Source: an uncultured Gammaproteobacteria bacterium (GTDB taxonomy: Bacteria > Patescibacteriota > Microgenomatia > CAZETR01 > Amesbacteraceae). Taken from it: 64,000 nucleotides of DNA. Shown piece by piece: positions 9,439 to 16,851 of the stretch; within the stretch, counting starts at the first letter, position 1, and each line of letters starts with the position of its first letter. A program made the translations under genes and the position numbers. The notes below the pieces were generated by a model. That model searched no databases. It saw only the letters and a program-made list of their open reading frames with translations, and was not told the origin of the DNA. Location: positions 3,066 to 67,065 of the forward strand of contig CAYHIN010000001.1 of the NCBI GenBank assembly GCA_964356705.1, read 5' to 3'.

Positions 9439-9764
9439 ACCTTCTTGCCCAAGCCACCATCAATCTCACAAACCCCTTATCACCTTATAGAAACCTCTTC
9501 TCTCTTCGTCCCTCTAGTTTAGTTTCAGCCGCTATCAGTCTCCTCCTTGGGGCAGCAGGTGTCACGGCCTTCATTTATCTTCTCGTGGGCGGTATCCAGT
9601 GGATTACTAGCAGTGGCGACAAAGAAGGACTGGACAAAGCCAAGAAAAAAATTACCCACGCTCTCATCGGTTTGGCGATCGTCTTCTCAGCTTACGCTTT
9701 GATCTTCATCATCCAAGCATTGTTCAACATTAGTGTCATCGGTGTCAATATTTCTCCTATTTAA
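9435..9764 (+). CDS. VirB2/TrbC-like T4SS pilin paralog
   Basis: TM - SSGDKEGLDKAKKKITHALIGL - TM. The 3' 80 nt are nearly identical to the next paralog. Confidence 0.6.
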   Translation: MNLLAQATINLTNPLSPYRNLFSLRPSSLVSAAISLLLGAAGVTAFIYLLVGGIQWITSSGDKEGLDKAKKKITHALIGLAIVFSAYALIFIIQALFNISVIGVNISPI

Positions 9765-9821
9765 TTCCTTAGTACTTTGCACTTAGCTCTTAGCACTATA
9801 TAATAAACTTAATGAAGGGAG

Positions 9822-10256
9822 GTGAATAATCAAGTGAGCAAAATACAAAAAATAATTCAGTTTGGGACCGCTTTGGGTACAGTATTGGCAGTCAACCCTG
9901 CTTCCGTTCTGGCCCAAGGAGCTTTTGATCCCACAGACAATGTAAATATCGCTCCCGAAGCAGGCGTTTTCAGCAAACTACCTGGTCTTCGTCCGTCCGC
10001 TTTCATTAGTGGAGCCATCAGTTTCCTGCTCGGAGTAGCAGGTGTAGTCGCCTTTATCTTCCTACTTTGGGGAGGCCTACAGTGGATCCTCGCCGGTGGC
10101 GACAAAGAAGGTACCGAAAAGGCTCGCAAGAAGATCACCTCCGCTCTCATCGGTTTGGCGATCGTCTTCTCAGCTTACGCTTTGATCTTCATCATCCAAG
10201 CGTTGTTCAACATCAGTGTCCTTGAAGTGTCTCTGAAACCACTAGGTAATCTCTAA
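9822..10256 (+). CDS. VirB2/TrbC-like T4SS pilin paralog with clear signal peptide
   Basis: Signal ALGTVLAVNPASVLAQG, then TM - AGGDKEGTEKARKKITSALIGL - TM. Confidence 0.65.
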   Translation: MNNQVSKIQKIIQFGTALGTVLAVNPASVLAQGAFDPTDNVNIAPEAGVFSKLPGLRPSAFISGAISFLLGVAGVVAFIFLLWGGLQWILAGGDKEGTEKARKKITSALIGLAIVFSAYALIFIIQALFNISVLEVSLKPLGNL

Positions 10257-10335
10257 ATTACCTTATGGTAGATGAATCAATTCCGTCATTCCGGACGAAA
10301 GTCTAGTTAGACTTCCGGAATGACGGCACATATCT

Positions 10336-10626
10336 ATGCCAGCCAAACTTAGCAATTTACAAGATGTATTTTCCAACGTCTTGGTTTCTGTTCTCTCGCT
10401 CATAGGTCTTGTGACTTTTGGCATGCTTTTGTGGGGCGGAGTCCAATATCTTACGGCGGGCTCCGATAAGGAGGCCGCAGGCAGGGCCAGAAACACGATT
10501 ACCTACGCTCTCATTGGTCTCATCCTCGCCATTTCCTCCGTCATGATCATCAATCTTTTGGGCACCTTCTTAGGTCTGGATTTCAGCACGTTCAACATTT
10601 GTCTCCCCGGGACCACTTCCTGCTAA
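10336..10626 (+). CDS. VirB2/TrbC-like T4SS pilin paralog
   Basis: TM - AGSDKEAAGRARNTITYALIGL - TM. Preceded by a strong stem-loop. Confidence 0.6.
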   Translation: MPAKLSNLQDVFSNVLVSVLSLIGLVTFGMLLWGGVQYLTAGSDKEAAGRARNTITYALIGLILAISSVMIINLLGTFLGLDFSTFNICLPGTTSC

Positions 10627-10640
10627 TATATAATAGTTCC

Positions 10641-13600
10641 ATGCTCCGTAAATTTTTCTTTTTCCTCATCGTATTTCTTCTCACGATCCATATTTTCCAT
10701 CCCCCAAGCACCCAAGCAGATTACCCAAACGACTGTGCTCTCGATTATCCCATTTGTCACACCAGTATTCCTCCAGGGACACCCGTAGGCACTTGTCTCA
10801 ACCACAGTGTCATAGGCTGCAACACCTCTTCCGGAGTACCGGGAGTTTGGTGCTGCCCCTCCTCATTTATTTTCCCTTCACTCACACCGACCCCCCCATC
10901 TGTCCCCACTTGCATCGCCAATGGCAATTATTGCGTAGCCACAAATGTCGCTTGTGATCCCGGCCACACCAGAGGTCAAGGTGGCAATTGTGAAACTGGA
11001 AAAATCTGCTGTGCCATCACCCTTCCTACTGTGCCTCCTCCCGGCGGCCCTCCGGGTCCCATTCCCCTACCCACCTATCCGACAAATTTTAGCCCCCTAG
11101 AATATCCCTGCAACACGACCACCGACGAAGAGTTTCATCCCCTACGTCCCTATCCGGCTTCTCCCTGCGACCCCCTCATTCCCAAAAAACAGGAGCCCGA
11201 TTTTCTTTCCTTCGCCTGCGGCAAGAGCCTAAATACTCTGGGAGAGTATCCCGTCAGCCGCAGTTTTACCCAAGCTCAGTTAGACGCCATGTCCCCCATT
11301 TTTCAAAACTACGGCGAGCCTTACCGTTGCGGCGCCCAGGTCTGTATCCGCAAACGCTCCGTTTTTGATATTGCCCTCGATTTATCGAGTGCCAAGTTGC
11401 CAATTATCGGCAACACCCAAGATCCCCTCGACGACGCCACCAAAGTCAACAATTATCTATCTTGGTATCTGGCCGGCACCAATCCCACCTGGCTCGAGGA
11501 CCTAAATTTGGCCACCCCAGCCCAAAACGTCAACTCCCAGTGTATCGGCACCTCACTGGCCACCTTCATGAACACCGTTGTATCTGGGACCACAAATTTA
11601 CGCAACATCCGCCTCACTTCTCCAGCCTTCAATCTTACCAATCCCGCCGAGCAGGATATTTTTATCGCCATGAGCCAGGCCGGAGCCAACTTTGCAGATA
11701 TCGACGCATTTGCCGGCAACACCTACACTCTAAATGGCGTAGCCGCCTACGATTGGGTCATCAGTCCCTCATTTCGCGGAGCCGACGGCAAAACCTGGAA
11801 AGAAAAATTCACAAGTTTCAACAAAGGCATTATCTTTACCGAATTCGGGGATTTTGCCACTTTTGACAACCCTCCCGGATCTCCAAATCGCGCCTCGGTC
11901 ATAAGCGCCATGCGCCAAGAATTCACCAATACCGCAGGCGATGGTGTCGTCAAATCCATCAACTATTTCAACGCTTTTGGTGGCAATCCCCAATTTATAG
12001 GCCACCAATTGTCAATCTCAGAGCTCCAGGTTATTACCAGCTCAAATTATTCAAAAAGCGGGGTCAATTCCGCCCAGGGAGTCAATCGCGATTTTCCCCC
12101 CAGAGTGGGCAGTGCCGGTCTCAAGTGGAGCGTGGAGATCATCACCTCGCCCGGTGATGAGACAGGTGCTATCGAATCCATCAACGCCGCCCATCGCGCA
12201 GGTGTCATCCCCATTATTCGCCCTTGTTACGGCAATTCCTGTGGTTTTGCCGATCCAGTTGTATATGTAGATTTCATCAGTCGGGTATCCCAGCGTGTGA
12301 CCGATCAGTCCCGCGAGATTTGGTTCATAGCCGGCCCAAACGAGCCCGCCGGTGAGCATTGGGCCGCCCCTCTTTGTGGCACTGCCGGCCAGCCCGTAGC
12401 CAGTATCGATTCTTTCTTGACTTACGCCGGTCCTATTCGTAAGCTCCTACCCCAGTATTCTCTGGATACCATCCGCTACGTTCTGGCTACCAATCAAGGG
12501 CGCAATGTCCACAATTATTTACTCGATACTCAAGGCCGCCGTATTTCCCAAGTTCCATCCTTCATTCGTCTCTATTCTCCCACCGATATCTGGACCAAGC
12601 TCTTCCAAAGAGTTCCCCTCGCCACTATGGAAGACGTCGTGGGCGAGGTCACCGTGGGCCTCATTACCTCTCCTAGATCCGACGGCTCATCTCCCCAACC
12701 ACCCGACGTTTATGTTGTAGACCCCAGCCACCCCGATGCCATGCGCCTTACCATCAAAGACGGATCGGACTCCCGCCTCTATTTCCCTCATCTCAAGACC
12801 GTAAGTTCCTTAGTCGAAGTCCTAAATGCTATCTCGAGACCCAAGCTCTCCCAAAACTATCGCCCCGATGAGCGAAACGTCACCCAGTATATCAACGAAC
12901 ACCAAGGTATCGATGACTCCACTCCTATCCAAAGAAAATCCAACGAAGGCAATTACACCGGACTCACTCGCAACACCGAAATTAGAGAAGGCGAGCCCGC
13001 CCCTACAGCTCTCTTTGGCCAAAATGATCATTTTGAGTTTGACCAGCGCTGCGAGCTCACGACCACCCAGGACGCCGTAGGTGACAATCTTTTTGGCCAG
13101 ACTATCAATGGTCGCCTCGCCTATACACATGATCTAAAGTTTGACCCCGTCGTCCAACCCAATGCTTGTCTTCCAGATTTTGCCGTCTGTACACCTGGCG
13201 TCGACGTTTGTTGTGACAATGCCGTATGCAGCAACGTCACTCTTGGTGGTATTGATTACGGCGACCGTTGTCACGGCGGCAATCCCAATTCCAGTTCCAT
13301 TCCCACTGAAGCTCGTGTCGCAGTCTTTACCAAGACTCCTCTCATCGATCGCTTTTATGGCGATCTTATTTCCAACTCCAACTCTTTCTTTAGACGTTTC
13401 GTCAATTGGTACGACCGGTCCACCGGCGGCCCAGATACAACGATTAGGTCAGGTTCTCTTACTTTTCCCGCCAAGACCCAAGTCGGTTATACTGCTACAG
13501 CCCCCATTCCTCCACCCGTAAGCCCCGAGACAGCCCCAGGCAATCCCAAAGCCGGAGCCGGCAACAATACCGGCGGCGCCGAGATTTATTTCCCCAGGCT

Positions 13601-15128
13601 CGGAAGTCTGGCCGATTATTTCCTAGGTGGTCCCACCAACGAGAGATTAAATCTCCAAAAGATGTTCCGTCCCAAAAACTTTGGTAGTCTTATCGGCCCG
13701 GGTGGTGCCGGCATTTTGGCCGCCTGCCAGCCGTATCTCTCCAATTTCCCCGGATCCATTACCGTAAACATCCAAAATCCCAAAAACGTCTTCTCCAAAG
13801 TCGGCGACAGTATTACCGTTTCGCCTAATTTCCTAGATGCCTTTGCCGGAGCATACAACCTCGGTAGTCATACCGGCCTTCAATCGGTAATCAATTTCTT
13901 CACTCCCTTATCTTTCACGGAAAATACCCTTGCCGCAGGCATCGGGTGGAACACCCAGGACCTTATAAATAATAATTTTTCCGCTCTAGAGTCTGAATAC
14001 ACCCGTACCAAGCCTGCCGTGGCCATTATCATGATCGGCACCAACGATTCCGGTGGCTCCAACCAAGTTGTGGTCCCAGTCTACACCGATCGTTTAGAAC
14101 GCATCGTAAATTACACTGTTAGCAAGGGTATAATTCCCATCCTCAGTACTCTCCCCCATCTCACCAACGCCAATCCCCAGCACAATACCAATACCGAATT
14201 GCTAACCGGAGCCATCAAAGACGTTTCGACCAGACTGGGTGTTCCCCTCATGGACTACCGCCTCGCCACCGAGCAAATAAATACTGCTGCACGCAACTGG
14301 GGCATTAGTACTGACAACATCCATCCTTCCGTCGGCGGTGGCAATGCCGGCGATCTTTCCGATTTACCCATGAGTGAAGGCGGCTACAATGTCCGAAACT
14401 TCGTCTCCCTTTGCGCCCTAGATGCAGTTTGGAAGACCAGACTGGGAGGAGATAGCTCTAGTAGTGGAGACTGCTTCACGGCAGCCCAACCCGTTACCGC
14501 TTCCTGCTCGGCGCCCGGATCCACTCCCCTAAACTATGCTTGTCACACCAATCTTGAGCTCAAATCCATAATCCAAGAGTCAGCAAATAAGTTCGGGGTA
14601 AATCCCAGCGTCCTCTTAGGTATTCTTAGTGTCGAAACCAGGAATGGTATTTTTGGAATTACTTCAGGTGAAGTGAGACGCCACTCCACTTCCACCTCAC
14701 AAACCGGCTTTACTCCATATATTTGTCAACCAAATTCTTGTGGCGCCATGGGAGCCATGCAGCTTTTGACTGGCATTGGCGTCCAGCCCAGTTGTTCTCA
14801 AGCCTACGGTATCAACAATTGGGCTCTATATGGTTCGGCCGTCGTAGAAGCTTGCAAAGCCCCCTCTGGTTACGGACCAAATCCCGGTAATATCCGAGAC
14901 TCAATATACGCCGGAGCAAAAATGATCGGCAGCTTCGGCCAGAACTCAAATTCCGAAGCCGGAGTCAAAGAAATCGGTCGCAGATATTTTGGCAACGACA
15001 CTTCCCGTTTTGATCTCTTTGTAAACTTGGATTACATAAACGACTGTGTCCCAGGCTACACCACACCTTCCTCAGCTCGCAGCATGACCTATGGTGAATA
15101 TCTTTGGGAAGTAGCCCGAGTTAGATAA
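10641..15128 (+). CDS. giant secreted cell-wall hydrolase: Cys-rich N-domain, SGNH/GDSL esterase domain and C-terminal SLT/lysozyme-like domain
   Basis: Start taken at MLRKFFFF (signal peptide). GDSL blocks are VGDSIT, MIGTNDSGG and DNIHPS. SLT-like motifs are QESANKFGV...LSVET...AMGAMQLL. The ORF track starts at 10599, overlapping the previous gene. Confidence 0.65.
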   Translation: MLRKFFFFLIVFLLTIHIFHPPSTQADYPNDCALDYPICHTSIPPGTPVGTCLNHSVIGCNTSSGVPGVWCCPSSFIFPSLTPTPPSVPTCIANGNYCVATNVACDPGHTRGQGGNCETGKICCAITLPTVPPPGGPPGPIPLPTYPTNFSPLEYPCNTTTDEEFHPLRPYPASPCDPLIPKKQEPDFLSFACGKSLNTLGEYPVSRSFTQAQLDAMSPIFQNYGEPYRCGAQVCIRKRSVFDIALDLSSAKLPIIGNTQDPLDDATKVNNYLSWYLAGTNPTWLEDLNLATPAQNVNSQCIGTSLATFMNTVVSGTTNLRNIRLTSPAFNLTNPAEQDIFIAMSQAGANFADIDAFAGNTYTLNGVAAYDWVISPSFRGADGKTWKEKFTSFNKGIIFTEFGDFATFDNPPGSPNRASVISAMRQEFTNTAGDGVVKSINYFNAFGGNPQFIGHQLSISELQVITSSNYSKSGVNSAQGVNRDFPPRVGSAGLKWSVEIITSPGDETGAIESINAAHRAGVIPIIRPCYGNSCGFADPVVYVDFISRVSQRVTDQSREIWFIAGPNEPAGEHWAAPLCGTAGQPVASIDSFLTYAGPIRKLLPQYSLDTIRYVLATNQGRNVHNYLLDTQGRRISQVPSFIRLYSPTDIWTKLFQRVPLATMEDVVGEVTVGLITSPRSDGSSPQPPDVYVVDPSHPDAMRLTIKDGSDSRLYFPHLKTVSSLVEVLNAISRPKLSQNYRPDERNVTQYINEHQGIDDSTPIQRKSNEGNYTGLTRNTEIREGEPAPTALFGQNDHFEFDQRCELTTTQDAVGDNLFGQTINGRLAYTHDLKFDPVVQPNACLPDFAVCTPGVDVCCDNAVCSNVTLGGIDYGDRCHGGNPNSSSIPTEARVAVFTKTPLIDRFYGDLISNSNSFFRRFVNWYDRSTGGPDTTIRSGSLTFPAKTQVGYTATAPIPPPVSPETAPGNPKAGAGNNTGGAEIYFPRLGSLADYFLGGPTNERLNLQKMFRPKNFGSLIGPGGAGILAACQPYLSNFPGSITVNIQNPKNVFSKVGDSITVSPNFLDAFAGAYNLGSHTGLQSVINFFTPLSFTENTLAAGIGWNTQDLINNNFSALESEYTRTKPAVAIIMIGTNDSGGSNQVVVPVYTDRLERIVNYTVSKGIIPILSTLPHLTNANPQHNTNTELLTGAIKDVSTRLGVPLMDYRLATEQINTAARNWGISTDNIHPSVGGGNAGDLSDLPMSEGGYNVRNFVSLCALDAVWKTRLGGDSSSSGDCFTAAQPVTASCSAPGSTPLNYACHTNLELKSIIQESANKFGVNPSVLLGILSVETRNGIFGITSGEVRRHSTSTSQTGFTPYICQPNSCGAMGAMQLLTGIGVQPSCSQAYGINNWALYGSAVVEACKAPSGYGPNPGNIRDSIYAGAKMIGSFGQNSNSEAGVKEIGRRYFGNDTSRFDLFVNLDYINDCVPGYTTPSSARSMTYGEYLWEVARVR

Positions 15129-15302
15129 ACTCCTCCGCCCTTGACGCCACTCCCTGAATTCAGTATTAATTCCGGGACCACCCTCCCCAATTTCACTACA
15201 AAATCGTCCATAAGCTCTCCATTGCTTCGTTTCTTAGTTCTTAGTAGTTAGTCCTTTGCACTTCGTCCTTAGTGCTGATATTGTTAATGTATAATACAAG
15301 CC

Positions 15303-16847
15303 ATGCCCAAAATAAAGAATTTCCTATCTTCTCTCCTTCTCTGTCTTACGCTCTCCTCCTTCTTTCCCTACTTTGCATTAGCCGTGGATGGTCCTTGGTA
15401 TAACCAAAATCCCCAACAATTCGGCCAAAAAGTCTTTGGGGGCGATCAAAACGAAATCTTTGGCGAACGCTATACCTTTGCCCAAGTTAACTGGATAATA
15501 AACAGTTTAAATTTGATATTAAATCCAACCAACGGCCAAACCCCGGACGCCATAAAAGGTATCGTTTGTGCCATCATCCCTCTTATCTCTCCAGGCTCTC
15601 CCTGCCCCATTGCCTCTACGCCTGAAAATAAGTGGATTGCTTACTCACAACTAGGTATAAATGGGCTTCTTGTTGGGGGCATCACCGAAATTACCGCTTC
15701 CCCACCAGCATCCGGAATTTTAGAAATAGGCGAGACTCTTGCAAAATTTGACCCTGCAACTCCCGTCCAGGCCCAAGGAGGTTATGGATTTGAAAGCTTA
15801 AACGGACTCAGAGTCATTTGGGGCGCTTCGCGCAACATGGCTTATCTCATTATGGTGATTTTGCTTATCGCCACCGGCTTTATGATCATGTTTCGAGTCA
15901 AGATCAATCCCCAAACCGCAGTCTCACTTCAAATCATGATTCCAAAAGTTATTTTCACTCTACTCCTAGTTACCTTTTCCTATGCAATAGCTGGGCTCGT
16001 AATCGATCTTGTTTATGTTGTCCTCGCCTTCGTAATCTCTGGACTCACGCTGTCCCAAGCAATTACCCCTCTCAGTCTTCCTGGTTCAGTGGGCTGGTTC
16101 TTTACCCCAGACTTTGGCAAGATATTCGGCTACTATCTTTTGTCGTGGCTCGTACAGATAGCAATCGGCGGAATTGCCGGTCTAATTGGAGTGGGCCTTG
16201 CTACACTGATGCCACCCTTAGCTCCATTTGTTGGATTACTAGGAACAATCTTTGCTCTTATTGAAATTATTTTTGCATTTGTACTTCTCTGGCTTCTATT
16301 TAAAGTTTGGTGGATGATGGTCAAAACCTATTTAACACTCATGTTTTTGATAGTTATTGGTCCTTGGCAAATTATGTTGGGCTTACTTCCCGGACAACAA
16401 GGTTTTGGAGGGTGGTTCAGAAATATTATAGCCAATGCCTCCGTATTTCTAACTGTTCCTATTATGTTTTTACTCAACATGTTCTTCTGGCCGATGAGTC
16501 CTTTCAGTCCGTTAGGTCAAGTAAATGGTGGAGCATCAGATTTACCCAGTTTTCCTCTCTTCGCTACAAAAGGCGGAATTTTTGGATTCGCAGTAGGCTT
16601 TGCCATATTATCGATGATCCCCAAAATTGCTGATATTATTAGAGACGCTCTCAAGATCCCACCATTCAAATATGGCTCAGCTCTAGGCGAGGCTCTAAGT
16701 CCACTTAAGATGGTAACCTCTCCTGCGGGTGGAGCAATCTCAGCAGGTGGTAGCAACGAACTAAAGGGTGCTACCACTGGATTACAATATGCCTCTGGCG
16801 GCATACGTCAGGCTGCTGGAGACTGGTTGAAAGGATCTATCAGGTAA
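15303..16847 (+). CDS. VirB6/TrbL-like polytopic T4SS membrane protein
   Basis: Signal peptide, about 180-aa extracellular domain, then at least 6 TM helices. Position between the hydrolase and VirB4 matches ConG/VirB6 in Gram-positive T4SS. Confidence 0.5.
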   Translation: MPKIKNFLSSLLLCLTLSSFFPYFALAVDGPWYNQNPQQFGQKVFGGDQNEIFGERYTFAQVNWIINSLNLILNPTNGQTPDAIKGIVCAIIPLISPGSPCPIASTPENKWIAYSQLGINGLLVGGITEITASPPASGILEIGETLAKFDPATPVQAQGGYGFESLNGLRVIWGASRNMAYLIMVILLIATGFMIMFRVKINPQTAVSLQIMIPKVIFTLLLVTFSYAIAGLVIDLVYVVLAFVISGLTLSQAITPLSLPGSVGWFFTPDFGKIFGYYLLSWLVQIAIGGIAGLIGVGLATLMPPLAPFVGLLGTIFALIEIIFAFVLLWLLFKVWWMMVKTYLTLMFLIVIGPWQIMLGLLPGQQGFGGWFRNIIANASVFLTVPIMFLLNMFFWPMSPFSPLGQVNGGASDLPSFPLFATKGGIFGFAVGFAILSMIPKIADIIRDALKIPPFKYGSALGEALSPLKMVTSPAGGAISAGGSNELKGATTGLQYASGGIRQAAGDWLKGSIR

Positions 16848-16851
16848 AACT

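Noticed and set aside
10599-10640. Upstream start of the giant hydrolase
   Set aside because: It overlaps the last pilin gene. The signal peptide begins at the MLRKFFFF Met (10641).
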